Shown here: positions 26,490-36,144 of the stretch, in pieces | How the letters are laid out: every line of letters begins with the position of its first letter | How positions within the stretch are numbered: position 1 is the stretch's first letter | Assembly (NCBI GenBank): GCA_964505425.1 | Contig: CAZDHX010000004.1 | Coordinates: 17,722 to 81,721, forward strand | DNA length: 64,000 bases | Reading direction: 5' to 3' | From: an uncultured Dehalococcoidales bacterium | GTDB lineage: Bacteria > Chloroflexota > Dehalococcoidia > Dehalococcoidales > BS750m-G39 | Position numbers and translations under genes: made by a program | The notes under the pieces: generated by a model | What the model saw: only the letters and a program-made list of their open reading frames with translations | Database searches by the model: none | What the model was told of the DNA's origin: nothing

Positions 26490-26756
26490 ATGGAGCAGGC
26501 CAAGACAGCGCGAGAGTTAGGTTTTGAAGAGCCAGAGGTCGGCTACGAATGGGATGCCGGCAGTACCCCGCCCGGTGATTCGGTGCCAGGGCGTTGGCTG
26601 GTGAGGAGGGAGGGGGGTAACTGGGTTGTCTTATTCCATGCCTCCAATGGCATTGAATACATTATTCACGCTTTCCCACCAGACGAAGATGGCGAGAGGG
26701 AAGCAAAGACCATGGCGCTCAAGCTGGTGGACTTTGCTTGGGGAAAGCGGCAATAA
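26490..26756 (+). CDS. Hypothetical protein (88 aa)
   Basis: ORF only; no motif recognised. Confidence 0.4.
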   Translation: MEQAKTARELGFEEPEVGYEWDAGSTPPGDSVPGRWLVRREGGNWVVLFHASNGIEYIIHAFPPDEDGEREAKTMALKLVDFAWGKRQ

Positions 26757-26777
26757 AGAAGCTTAGCTTTGGGGGGC

Positions 26778-28787
26778 TTAATCCCCCTGCCTCTCCTTAA
26801 CCAGGGTGTTAACCACTGATGGGTCAGCCAGGGTACTGGTATCACCCAAGTTTTTAACGTCACCGGCGGCAATCTTGGTCAGTATGCGCCTCATAATCTT
26901 GCCGCTCCTTGTTTTGGGCAGACCGTCAGCAAACTGAATCTTATCCGGGGTGGCTATAGGGCCAATCTCCTGACGGACATGAGCTATAAGCTCCTTCTTC
27001 AGCTCGTCGGACTTTTTTAATCCCGCTTTCAGGGTAACAAAGGCGTATATCCCCTGCCCCTTAATATCATGGGGCATACCAACGACTGCCGCCTCAGCCA
27101 CTGATTTGTTGGATACCAGGGCGCTTTCCACCTCGGCAGTACCGATACGGTGACCGGAGACATTGATGACATCGTCTATTCGCCCCATTAGCCAGTAGTA
27201 GCCGTCCTTATCCACCCTTGCCCCGTCCCCGCTATTGTATACCCCAGGGAAGCGAACAAAGTAGGTATTCTTAAACCTCTTTGGCTCCTTGTAGACCCCG
27301 CGCATTAGCCCGGGCCACGGTCTTTTAATTACCAGGTAGCCACCCTCGTTAATATCGACTGGAGAACCATCTTCCCTTAGCACCGCCGGCTCAATACCGG
27401 GGAAGGGGAATGTCGCTGAGGCCGGTTTAAGCGGGGTTGCTCCGGGCAGGGGGGTAATCAGAATGCCCCCGGTCTCGGTCTGCCACCAGGTGTCAACGAT
27501 GGGACAGTTACCCTTACCAATTACGTTGTAATACCACATCCAGGCTTCAGGGTTAATTGGCTCACCAACTGAACCAAGGATGCGCAAGCTGCTCAAGTCA
27601 TGCTTATCAGCCCATGTCTCCCCCTCCTTCATCAGGGCGCGGAGGGCGGTGGGGGCAGTATAGAAGATATTGACGCGGTACTTTTCCACAATGTTCCAGA
27701 ACCTATCGGGGTGGGGGTAGGTGGGCACCCCTTCGAACATAAGACTGGTCGCCCCAAAGGCTAGCGGTCCATAGACAATATAGCTATGCCCGGTTACCCA
27801 GCCGATGTCGGCGGTGCACCAGAAGGTATCCTCCTCCTTGACATCAAATATCCACTTGAATGTCTGGTAGACAAAGAGGAGGTAGCCAGCCTGGGTATGC
27901 AAGACTCCCTTTGGTTTCCCGGTGCTGCCGCTAGTATAGAGGATAAACAACGGGTCTTCGGCATCCATAACCTTTGGTTCGCAGTACGGCTTTATATCTT
28001 CAGCCGCCATCTCCTCATGCCACCAGTAGTCACGACCACGCTGCATATTTATTCCAATATTGGCTCTCTTGACCACAATCACGTCTTTTACCCCACGGCA
28101 TTCTTGGAGGGCAACATCAGGATTATCCTTGCTCCTGATAATTCTGCCGCCGCGGTAGTAGCCATCGGCGCAGATAAGCATTTTAGCCCCGCAGCCCAGT
28201 ATCCTGTCCCTCAGTGCCTCAGCGCTGAAGCCGCCGAAGACGACGCTGTGGATAGCACCAATCCGGGCGCAGGCAAGCATGGCGATTGGCAGTTCAAGAA
28301 TCATCGGCAGGTAGATAGCAACACGGTCACCTTTCTTAATTCCGTGTTTCTTCAGGACATTGGCAAACTTACACACCAGGTGGTAAAGCTCCTGGTAGGT
28401 CAGGGTCTTGCTCTCACCACCGTCCCCCTCCCAGATTAGTGCCGCTTTATTCTTTCTCCATGTCTTGAGGTGGCGGTCCAGGCAGTTATAGCTGACATTG
28501 AGCTTACCGCCAACAAACCACTCGTGCTTGGCTTCTTTGAAATCCTCCACCAGCACCTTGTCCCACTTCTTATACCAGTCAATTTGCTTTGCCATCTCTC
28601 CCCAGAAGCCCTTGGGGTCTTTGATAGAGCGTTCATAAATCCGCTTATATTCGCTAAGGCTTTTTATATATGCCCCTTGCTGACTCTCTTTACTGGGCTT
28701 CAATACCCGCTTTTCCTCCATCATGGAGGTAATTGTTTTTATCTCTCCCGTCTTCACCTTTGTTTTTTGGTTGGACCCTTTTTTCAC
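26778..28787 (-). CDS. acs: Acetyl-CoA synthetase (AMP-forming)
   Basis: Motifs [39 protein letters not shown] and [14 protein letters not shown] start with an AAGGGAG RBS. Confidence 0.9.
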   Translation of the reverse strand: MKKGSNQKTKVKTGEIKTITSMMEEKRVLKPSKESQQGAYIKSLSEYKRIYERSIKDPKGFWGEMAKQIDWYKKWDKVLVEDFKEAKHEWFVGGKLNVSYNCLDRHLKTWRKNKAALIWEGDGGESKTLTYQELYHLVCKFANVLKKHGIKKGDRVAIYLPMILELPIAMLACARIGAIHSVVFGGFSAEALRDRILGCGAKMLICADGYYRGGRIIRSKDNPDVALQECRGVKDVIVVKRANIGINMQRGRDYWWHEEMAAEDIKPYCEPKVMDAEDPLFILYTSGSTGKPKGVLHTQAGYLLFVYQTFKWIFDVKEEDTFWCTADIGWVTGHSYIVYGPLAFGATSLMFEGVPTYPHPDRFWNIVEKYRVNIFYTAPTALRALMKEGETWADKHDLSSLRILGSVGEPINPEAWMWYYNVIGKGNCPIVDTWWQTETGGILITPLPGATPLKPASATFPFPGIEPAVLREDGSPVDINEGGYLVIKRPWPGLMRGVYKEPKRFKNTYFVRFPGVYNSGDGARVDKDGYYWLMGRIDDVINVSGHRIGTAEVESALVSNKSVAEAAVVGMPHDIKGQGIYAFVTLKAGLKKSDELKKELIAHVRQEIGPIATPDKIQFADGLPKTRSGKIMRRILTKIAAGDVKNLGDTSTLADPSVVNTLVKERQGD

Positions 28788-28882
28788 TCTAAACTCCCTT
28801 TCTAATTCCGTAGTGATATAGCGCTAATCGATTAAGCCTGAAATCGAATCGTAGAGAGGCCTGCCGTTAGAGGCAACCAGAG

Positions 28883-29338
28883 TCAATCCTGGTAGGCAAC
28901 ACCCATCAGTTGGGTAAACGCCGCCCGCAGCCTTTGTGAAATCACATAGGCTACGCCGCCGGCGATCTCGGCGCAAAGCTTGGGGTTGGTGGAGACTAGA
29001 TTGCGCAGTTCCTTCCCATTGAATGCCAATACCTTTGTCTTCTCCAAGGCTTTTGCCGTAGAAGTGCAGCGGAAGGGCGGTATCGTCGCTGACCAGCCAA
29101 AACACTCAAAGTTGGTGGCGGTCTGGATTTGGCGCTTATCCGTGGGCCCTAGCTCGATGATAATGGACACCAGCCCCTCTTCAATAACATATATGTTCTC
29201 CTGCTCCACATCCTGCCGGCATATAAATGTTCCAGCTTCAAATGTCATGGGGGTGCACATCTTTTCCACTGCCTTGAGTTCATTCTCTTCCAGGTAGTGG
29301 AAGACATCAGACCTTCTCAGTACTTCTATGGTCTCCAT
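28883..29338 (-). CDS. Stand-alone cyclic-nucleotide-binding domain protein
   Basis: 151 aa. Beta-roll pattern VFHYLEENELKAVEKMCTPMTFEAGTFICRQ..ENIYVIEEG and FG..A...PFRCTSTAKA (phosphate-binding-cassette-like Arg). Confidence 0.65.
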   Translation of the reverse strand: METIEVLRRSDVFHYLEENELKAVEKMCTPMTFEAGTFICRQDVEQENIYVIEEGLVSIIIELGPTDKRQIQTATNFECFGWSATIPPFRCTSTAKALEKTKVLAFNGKELRNLVSTNPKLCAEIAGGVAYVISQRLRAAFTQLMGVAYQD

Positions 29339-29420
29339 TCTAACCTCCGTAGCTTTTATATCTTATGCCCACCAGATAGTTATTATACACTGCCGATTTC
29401 ATATTTTTCAAATAAAAGTA

Positions 29421-29449
29421 TTGCTACCAGCGAAACATCGGTGTAAAAT
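29421..29449 (+). promoter_or_regulatory. Sigma-70-type promoter upstream of glnA
   Basis: TTGCTA (29421-26), a 17-nt spacer, then TAAAAT (29444-49). Confidence 0.5.
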
Positions 29450-29493
29450 GAGTGAAATTCAATTCATTGCCTTAAACTTGCGGAGGGAGTCCT

Positions 29494-30822
29494 ATGGAAG
29501 CTCAGGAGATTTTGGAACGAGCCCAAAAAGACGGTGTGGGCTTTATAAGCCTGCAGTTCACCGATTTACTGGGGGTGCTGAAGGAGGTCGTCATACCAGT
29601 TGAGAAGCTGGGGGAGGCACTGGCTAACGGGGTATGGTTTGATGGCTCCTCAATCGAAGGCTTTGCCCGAATCCAGGAAAGTGACCTCTTTTTAAAGCCA
29701 GACCTGTCAACCTACTCGGTCGTTCCCTGGCTAACCGAAAACGGTAAGACAGCACGGCTAATCTGCAATATCTACGGGGCAAATGGGCAACCTTACGAAG
29801 GAGACCCTAGATTTATTCTTAGCAAGATGATTGCCGAGGCAGCTGAGGCGGGCTTCCGCTATGACGTTGGACCGGAACCGGAGTTTTACCTGTTCAGGAA
29901 GGATGAGCTAGCCGCCGAGACGCCGATAGATTATGGCAGCTATTTTGAGCTTTCCTCATTTGAGGGCTACCAGGTTATGAAGGGAATAATTGCCGCCCTT
30001 AAGACCTTTGGCATCAATGTTGAGGCATCACATCACGAGGTAGGGCAGGGTCAATATGAGATAGACCTTAATTACGGGCACTGCCTAGCGATGGCTGACG
30101 AGCTGCTTACCCTGAAATATACCGCCAAGAAAATCGCCCAGATGTATGACCTGGAGGCAACCTTCATGCCCAAGCCGGCAATGGGTATCGCTGGCTCCGG
30201 TATGCATATTCACCAGAGCCTGTTTGATATCAAGGCAAAAAGAAACGCCTTTTACGATAAAAACGATAAATACGGGTTATCCAAGACTGCCTACAGCTTT
30301 ATCGCCGGTCAGATGAAGCATATTAAGGCGATGTGTGTTATTCTTTGCCCCACGGTAAACTCTTACAAGAGGCTGGTTTCCGGGTTTGAGGCTCCGGTCT
30401 ATATCACCTGGGCGGGTATGAACCGCTCCGCCCTTATTAGAGTGCCCAAATGGTTTAAGCAGAGGCAAGAGTCGGCGAGGATTGAGCTGAGATGCCCCGA
30501 CCCAACCTGCAATCCATATCTGGCATTTGCGGTTATGCTAAAAGCCGGTCTGGATGGGGTTAAGAATAAGCTAGTGCCGCCCCCGCCGGTGGAAGAAAAC
30601 GTGTATCAGCTTGAAAAGGAAAGCCTGCTAAGCAAGAAGGTTGATGTCCTACCGGCGTCATTATGGGAAGCACTGAACAAGCTGAAGAAGAGTAAGCTTG
30701 TCCAGGAAGTCCTCGGGGGGCATCTGCTGGAGAGGTATATCACCATAAAAACAAAGGAGTGGGACGAGTTTAAGACGCAGGTCACACCCTGGGAGATAGA
30801 TAAATACCTGGACGTTTATTAG
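29494..30822 (+). CDS. glnA: Glutamine synthetase, type I
   Basis: Motifs FTDLLGVLK, GPEPEFYLF, HHEVGQGQYEI and NSYKRL. 442 aa. Confidence 0.9.
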   Translation: MEAQEILERAQKDGVGFISLQFTDLLGVLKEVVIPVEKLGEALANGVWFDGSSIEGFARIQESDLFLKPDLSTYSVVPWLTENGKTARLICNIYGANGQPYEGDPRFILSKMIAEAAEAGFRYDVGPEPEFYLFRKDELAAETPIDYGSYFELSSFEGYQVMKGIIAALKTFGINVEASHHEVGQGQYEIDLNYGHCLAMADELLTLKYTAKKIAQMYDLEATFMPKPAMGIAGSGMHIHQSLFDIKAKRNAFYDKNDKYGLSKTAYSFIAGQMKHIKAMCVILCPTVNSYKRLVSGFEAPVYITWAGMNRSALIRVPKWFKQRQESARIELRCPDPTCNPYLAFAVMLKAGLDGVKNKLVPPPPVEENVYQLEKESLLSKKVDVLPASLWEALNKLKKSKLVQEVLGGHLLERYITIKTKEWDEFKTQVTPWEIDKYLDVY

Positions 30823-31202
30823 GTTTTCGGCGGGGAGTAGGCAATACAGTCTATCTCAATAAGCATGCTCGGTAGGGCGAGGTCGGCTATTACCGTTGAG
30901 CGGGCGGGGCGGTCTTCAGTAAAATAGCTCTGATAAATCTCGTTCATCCTGGCAAAATCAGCCTCGTTGCGCAGAAAGATGGTCACCTTTACCACCTCGT
31001 CCAGGGACGACCCAGCCGCCGCCAGCACCTTCTTCATGTTCTCCAGGCACTGCCTTACCTGCCTCTCTATCCCCTTGACCTCTTTGCCCCCCGCATCAGT
31101 ATGCCCAATCTGACCCGAGACAAAGATGTAATCACCAGCCCTTATTGCTGCGGAGAAGGGGAGCTTAGGAGCATCAGGCAGGGTGATAACCCTTTTTAGC
31201 AT
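30819..31202 (-). CDS. ridA: RidA/YjgF-family reactive intermediate deaminase
   Basis: 127 aa with GDYIFVSGQIG, ARSTV and IEIDCIA. Confidence 0.85.
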   Translation of the reverse strand: MLKRVITLPDAPKLPFSAAIRAGDYIFVSGQIGHTDAGGKEVKGIERQVRQCLENMKKVLAAAGSSLDEVVKVTIFLRNEADFARMNEIYQSYFTEDRPARSTVIADLALPSMLIEIDCIAYSPPKT

Positions 31203-31280
31203 GGCAAAATCTCCTCCTTTCTCGGATTATACGCCATCTCAATTGATGTATGCTATTATTAGGATAGAAGGAGGTAGATT

Positions 31281-31784
31281 ATGGGCACAACTAATGACAA
31301 TTTGCAGGCTGCCTTCGCTGGAGAAAGCCAGGCTAACCGCAAGTACCTATTCTTTGCCGAGAAGGCGGTGGAGGAGGGGTATAAACAGGTAGCCCGCTTG
31401 TTCCGCGCCACCGCTGATGCCGAGACGGTGCATGCCCGAAATCACTTTAAGGTTATGCAGGGGGTGAAATCAACCAGGGAAAACCTGATGGCGGCCAAAG
31501 ACGGTGAGAACTACGAATTTGAAGAGATGTACCCTGCCTTTATCAAGCAGGCTGAGGCGGAGGGCGCTGATAAAGCCAGGGACAGCTTTGCGCTGGCTAA
31601 TAAGGTGGAACGGATTCACCACCGCCTCTTTGAGACCGTCCTCGGTAAGCTGGGGAAGGGTGAGACTGTTGCCGAGCACCCGATTTACGTCTGCCAGGTC
31701 TGCGGCAATACCGTGGTGGGTGAGGCACCGGAAAAATGTCCCATCTGCGGGGCGACAAGAAAGATGTTCAAGCTTATAGAGTAG
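31281..31784 (+). CDS. rbr: Rubrerythrin
   Basis: Di-iron ExxH helices (FAGESQANRKY, ETVHARNH, EFEEMYP, ERIHHRLF) and a C-terminal rubredoxin-like CQVCG...CPICG. Confidence 0.9.
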   Translation: MGTTNDNLQAAFAGESQANRKYLFFAEKAVEEGYKQVARLFRATADAETVHARNHFKVMQGVKSTRENLMAAKDGENYEFEEMYPAFIKQAEAEGADKARDSFALANKVERIHHRLFETVLGKLGKGETVAEHPIYVCQVCGNTVVGEAPEKCPICGATRKMFKLIE

Positions 31785-31860
31785 GGGAAAGTTGTTCCAC
31801 AATCCCGATGACAGGCAGCGATAAACCAGCTATAATAGAGGACATTGATGGAGGGCGAGC

Positions 31861-32367
31861 TTGGATAGCAACAGGAAAATCAAGGCGATTATCCGGCAGA
31901 TGGAGATAGATGACGTCAGTGCGGTGTACCGCCTGGGCGAGAAACTCTTTAGCAGCGAGGAGTTTCCCATACTCTATCGGACCTGGGACCCTTATGAGGT
32001 AACTGAGTATTTTAGCTCCGAGCCGGATTACTGCCTGGTGGCGGAGACCGAGACGGGCAAAATCGCCGGCTTCGTACTGGCAACCACCGTTGAGAAGGAA
32101 GGCACGGCGTGGAAGAAATACGGCTACCTGAGCTGGATAGGGGTGGATGAGGCTTTTCAAGGGACCAAGCTGGGTCACCGCCTCTATAGAGAGCTGGAGA
32201 AGAGGTTGTTGGAGGACGGGGTAAGGATGGTCATAGCTGACACTGAGGCTGAAAATGAGAAGGCAATCGCCTTCTTTAAGGGGTTGGACTTCTCCAATAG
32301 CAGTCAGCATGTCTGGTTGGCTAAGACCCTGCGCCGACCAAAACCTGAGCAGAACAAGGGGCGTTAA
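31861..32367 (+). CDS. GNAT-family N-acetyltransferase
   Basis: Motif A-like WIGVDEAFQGTKLGHRLYRELEKRL. TTG start. 168 aa. Confidence 0.75.
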   Translation: MDSNRKIKAIIRQMEIDDVSAVYRLGEKLFSSEEFPILYRTWDPYEVTEYFSSEPDYCLVAETETGKIAGFVLATTVEKEGTAWKKYGYLSWIGVDEAFQGTKLGHRLYRELEKRLLEDGVRMVIADTEAENEKAIAFFKGLDFSNSSQHVWLAKTLRRPKPEQNKGR

Positions 32368-32443
32368 CATAATAGGGGATAAAGTTGACATAAAGTTTTT
32401 CTTGCCTATCCTCTAATGGTCAATATCTTCACTGGTAACCCTT

Positions 32444-33757
32444 ATGAACTACCAGGCGGCATTGGATTACGTCTTAAGCTTCGCTGATTATGAGCGAGCC
32501 TCACGCTCAGCGGTTGTCTTTGACTTAAGGCGCATGGAGATGCTGCTGGAAAGATTGGGCAGTCCTGATGTAGGGGCAATACCGATTCACGTAGCGGGCA
32601 CGAAGGGCAAGGGGAGCACCTCCGCCATGATTGCCTCCATCCTGACCAGGGCTGGCTATAAAACTGGGCTTTATACTTCACCTCACCTCCATTCTTTCAC
32701 CGAGAGGATACAGGTGGACAGGGTGCCAATCGCCGAAGGTGAATTCGCCCATTTGGTGGAAGTTCTAAAACCTGAGGTTGAGGCGGTAAATGAGTTCGGT
32801 GCCTTCGGACAGCTCACCACCTTTGAATTGCTGACCGCATTAGCCTTTGCCTATTTCAAGGGGAGGGGAGTGGATTTTCAGGTGCTGGAGACGGGGTTGG
32901 GAGGGCGTCTTGATGCCACCAATGTGGTCAAACCAGGAGTCTGCGTTATCACCTCCATAAGCTTTGACCATACTGAGGTTCTGGGCAACACCCTTGCCCA
33001 GATAGCCAGGGAGAAGGCGGGGATTATCAAGCCGGGGCGTACCGTGGTATCCTCCCCCCAGCCCCCCGAGGCAATGGCAGTGATAGAAAGGGTATGCCGG
33101 GAGCAGGTGGCAAGACTAGTCAAGGTGGGCGGTGATGTCACCTGGGAACGGAGAGCCTTTAGCAATGAAGGGCAGTCGTTTCAACTAAAGGGGCTAAAAG
33201 GCGACTATAGCCTCAGCCTTACTTTACTTGGTGAGTATCAATTGGAAAATGCGGCTACGGCGGTGACCGCGGTGGAGGTCTTGGGGGAAAGGGGAGTGGT
33301 GGTTGGTGCCGAAAACATTGCTTCGGGGCTGATGCAGGTGCACTGGCTGGGGCGACTGCAGGTCCTGAGACAGGAGCCGTGGTTTATCGTCGATTGCGCC
33401 CATAACGCCTACTCGGCAAAGAGGCTGGCTGAGGCGCTCAGGCAATATTTTGATTTTGAGCAGGCGGTTCTTATCCTCGGTGTTTCCTCAGACAAGGACA
33501 TAGATGGCATGGTTGCTGAGCTTATGCCTCTTGCCGGTACGGTTATTGTTACTTCTACCCAGCACCCCCGCGCCCTGGAGCCAGCCAAACTTGCTGCTAA
33601 ATTCTCCAGGCGGGGGATAACCCCTGAAGTGGTAGGAGATGTTACCTCAGCCGTGAACCTGGCACTGGCCAGGGCAAGACCTGAAGACCTCATTTGTGCC
33701 ACTGGCTCAATCTTTGTTGTTGCTGAGGTAATGGAATACCTGCCAAAGCTCGCTTAA
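32444..33757 (+). CDS. folC: Bifunctional folylpolyglutamate synthase / dihydrofolate synthase
   Basis: Mur-ligase P-loop VAGTKGKGST, TSPHL, and ETGLGGRLDATN. Confidence 0.9.
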   Translation: MNYQAALDYVLSFADYERASRSAVVFDLRRMEMLLERLGSPDVGAIPIHVAGTKGKGSTSAMIASILTRAGYKTGLYTSPHLHSFTERIQVDRVPIAEGEFAHLVEVLKPEVEAVNEFGAFGQLTTFELLTALAFAYFKGRGVDFQVLETGLGGRLDATNVVKPGVCVITSISFDHTEVLGNTLAQIAREKAGIIKPGRTVVSSPQPPEAMAVIERVCREQVARLVKVGGDVTWERRAFSNEGQSFQLKGLKGDYSLSLTLLGEYQLENAATAVTAVEVLGERGVVVGAENIASGLMQVHWLGRLQVLRQEPWFIVDCAHNAYSAKRLAEALRQYFDFEQAVLILGVSSDKDIDGMVAELMPLAGTVIVTSTQHPRALEPAKLAAKFSRRGITPEVVGDVTSAVNLALARARPEDLICATGSIFVVAEVMEYLPKLA

Positions 33758-33763
33758 GCTGGT

Positions 33764-34429
33764 TTATCGCTTGCCTTTAACCAGGCTCCGCGCCAGCAAT
33801 TTGTCAAAGGCCTCAAACCATTTTAGCTTGACTTCATCGGACCAGCTTGGGTCAAAGGTGGGGAATTTCGCTGTCAGCTCATCTACGACTTCATGTGGAA
33901 TTACTAAATTCCGATTTAGCTTGGTACTCTTTCTTTTGGCTTTAGTTCCGGAACTAGCGGTCAGTGTTCTTACCCGCTTAGTTATGAACGTTGACAGTGG
34001 AATTCCGGCGTCGTTGGCGAGGGCGACAAAAAACTTGATGCACTTGCGGTTGACATCATCGGCTAACTCAAAGTTACGATGAAAGACCTCTTCCAGCTGG
34101 GCATAGGTGGCAATGTGGAAGTCAAATGACCCGCCCAGGACAAATCCATACGATTCACTGGCTATCTGTCGGAGGAGCTCTGCCCTCTTTTCACCCTTGG
34201 CGGAAACAAGCTGCCTTAATTGGCTGGTTGGTACGCCGTTGGCATCAACAAGACTGAGAAAGCGCAGGGCTCCCATAAGCTGAGTGCCAGTAGAACCGGC
34301 TAGCCTATCACTCCAGTAACTACGGTCAATCCGGGCTGGCATTTCCCGTTCCAATCGCTCAGCGAAGTTCAGGAAGGTGCGGTAAGAGACATAGGGTGGC
34401 AGGCGCTTTCGCCCTCTCTCGTCAACCAT
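33764..34429 (-). CDS. Hypothetical protein (resembles the family I recall as DUF5343)
   Basis: N-terminus LPPYVSYRTFLNFAERL...ARIDRSYW..GSTGTQLMGALRFLSLVD. I prefer the ATG at 34429 (GAGGT 7 nt upstream), because the GTG at 34447 lies upstream of the predicted transcription start. Confidence 0.55.
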   Translation of the reverse strand: MVDERGRKRLPPYVSYRTFLNFAERLEREMPARIDRSYWSDRLAGSTGTQLMGALRFLSLVDANGVPTSQLRQLVSAKGEKRAELLRQIASESYGFVLGGSFDFHIATYAQLEEVFHRNFELADDVNRKCIKFFVALANDAGIPLSTFITKRVRTLTASSGTKAKRKSTKLNRNLVIPHEVVDELTAKFPTFDPSWSDEVKLKWFEAFDKLLARSLVKGKR

Positions 34430-34444
34430 TTCGGCTACCTCATT

Positions 34445-34571
34445 CACTAATTATAATGGAATGGAACTGGAATTTCAAGCGGCACTAATTTTTCAGCCAT
34501 TTTTTCACCATAATTTATGCACTAAATTTGGTATGGAATTTACACTAATTTGAAGTGGAACTTTTTGGAAT
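34445..34571. repeat. Cluster of short direct repeats in a divergent promoter region
   Basis: TGGAAY occurs six times (34457, 34462, 34468, 34534, 34556, 34566). CACTAA(A)TT occurs four times (34445, 34483, 34520, 34543). The composite TGGAATTT-N(1-7)-CACTAATTT occurs twice. Confidence 0.7.
34450..34478 (-). promoter_or_regulatory. Sigma-70-type promoter for the 33764..34429 gene
   Basis: Minus strand reads TTGAAA (34478-73), a 17-nt spacer, then TATAAT (34455-50). The spacer is made up of three tandem TGGAAY complements. Confidence 0.6.
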
Positions 34572-34606
34572 TTTAAAGGACAGGCACGGATTGCAAGAGA
34601 CAAAAG

Positions 34607-34636
34607 TTGACGCATGCTTTCAACGGCAAGTAGGAT
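34607..34636 (+). promoter_or_regulatory. Sigma-70-type promoter for the small ORF and ftsA-ftsZ
   Basis: TTGACG (34607-12), an 18-nt spacer, then TAGGAT (34631-36). Confidence 0.45.
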
Positions 34637-34669
34637 ATACGGCATATCGTTAAAAAGGAGGGGTATTTT

Positions 34670-34885
34670 ATGGGCACATCAATCGAGTTCCAGAAGCTGT
34701 TGACGGAGATAATCTACGTCAACCTGCCTGGACCCGAAGAGCCGACCCCGGGAATGAGTGGCGGAGAGCTACTGCATGGTTTCTTGGCAGACCTTCATCG
34801 TCCGACCAACCCTGAGATAAGGAGCTGCGTTAATGCCTTGTGCAACAAGTGGAACATCCGCTACCGAGACCACCGGGGACAGTGA
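34670..34885 (+). CDS. Hypothetical small protein (71 aa) upstream of ftsA
   Basis: Strong RBS AAGGAGG 8 nt upstream of the ATG. No motif recognised. Confidence 0.5.
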   Translation: MGTSIEFQKLLTEIIYVNLPGPEEPTPGMSGGELLHGFLADLHRPTNPEIRSCVNALCNKWNIRYRDHRGQ

Positions 34886-34913
34886 GTCGGCCTAAGTTAG
34901 AAAGGAGGAAACA

Positions 34914-36119
34914 ATGAAAAGGACTAAGTTTGCAGCAATAGATGTTGGTTCAACTAAAGTATGTACGGTTATGGCTGATATTAATGGTGATGAGCTGCCC
35001 CGCATTCTCGGCGTAGGTGTAAGCACCACCCAGGGGCTGCAGAATGGCCTGGTGGTTAATTTCAATGAAGCCAAGCAGTCAATCCTGGACTCGGTGAGAG
35101 AAGCGGAACAGACTGCCGGACACAAGCTGGAAACAGCCATCATCGGCGTTACCGGTAGGCATATCACCTCGGTAAATAACCGAGGGGTCGTTAGCATTAG
35201 CCGCAATGACAAGATAGTGCACCCCGATGACCTAAAACGCGTCCATGAAGTAGTTCGTAATATCAAGGTTCCGAGTGACCGAGAGCTGCTTCATATTATT
35301 CCTCGTGGTTACACCGTTGATGGTCAAGAAGGAGTAAAAAACCCCGTCGGCATGCACGGCTTTCGCCTTGATGTTGAAGCACATATTATTACTGCCGCCG
35401 CAACTTCAATACAGACCCTGACCAGGTGCATTCGTGGCATTGGTGTTGAGATTGAGGATGTTATCCTGGAACCGCTGGCCAGCGCTGAAGCTGTCCTCGT
35501 GGACGAGGAAAGGCAAAATGGTGTCCTCGTCGCTGATATTGGTGGTGGCACCACTGACCTTGCTATGTACAAGGACAATAGTGTCTGCTTTACCTCTGTC
35601 CTGCCCGTAGCCGGTTTCCAGATCAGCCGGGATATTTCCATTGGTCTGGGACTTCCCCTCGAGCTTGCCGAGCAGATGAAGAAGAGGTATGGCAATGTGA
35701 CACCATCCCCGGAGAAAGGCAGGAGAATGCCCGATAAGAACATCACCCAAAACGGGCATAATATTTCCTACGCCGACCTTTCCGAGATTATCCGCGTTCG
35801 CGTTGAGGAGCTTCTGCGGCTTATCGTACTGCAGTTGCAACAAAGCGACTATCTCAAGACTCTCCCCTCCGGCCTGGTACTCACTGGGGGCAGCGCTAAC
35901 CTTCTTGGCATTGCCGAGCTGGGAAGCAGGATAACCCGCCTTCCGGTGAGGATTGGCGTGCCGAACCACCTGAGTGGTGTTACCGACATGCTGCACGACC
36001 CGGCCTATGCCACCAGTGTTGGTCTTCTTCTGTGGAGGGGGAGGAGTGGAGGCATAAAGAGCTGGCGACCTAAGGGTGTTGGCCGTGTTCTTTCCGGAGT
36101 TTTCCGGATCTTTGACTAG
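34914..36119 (+). CDS. ftsA: Cell division protein FtsA
   Basis: Actin-fold motifs AAIDVGSTKVC and ADIGGGTTDL. Adjacent to ftsZ. 401 aa. Confidence 0.9.
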   Translation: MKRTKFAAIDVGSTKVCTVMADINGDELPRILGVGVSTTQGLQNGLVVNFNEAKQSILDSVREAEQTAGHKLETAIIGVTGRHITSVNNRGVVSISRNDKIVHPDDLKRVHEVVRNIKVPSDRELLHIIPRGYTVDGQEGVKNPVGMHGFRLDVEAHIITAAATSIQTLTRCIRGIGVEIEDVILEPLASAEAVLVDEERQNGVLVADIGGGTTDLAMYKDNSVCFTSVLPVAGFQISRDISIGLGLPLELAEQMKKRYGNVTPSPEKGRRMPDKNITQNGHNISYADLSEIIRVRVEELLRLIVLQLQQSDYLKTLPSGLVLTGGSANLLGIAELGSRITRLPVRIGVPNHLSGVTDMLHDPAYATSVGLLLWRGRSGGIKSWRPKGVGRVLSGVFRIFD

Positions 36120-36144
36120 AAACCAGTAAAAGGAGAAAGGGAAA

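Noticed and set aside
31774-32391. 205-aa minus-strand ORF
   Set aside because: It is antisense to the GNAT acetyltransferase gene, which has recognisable motifs. No RBS is present and the composition is low-complexity.
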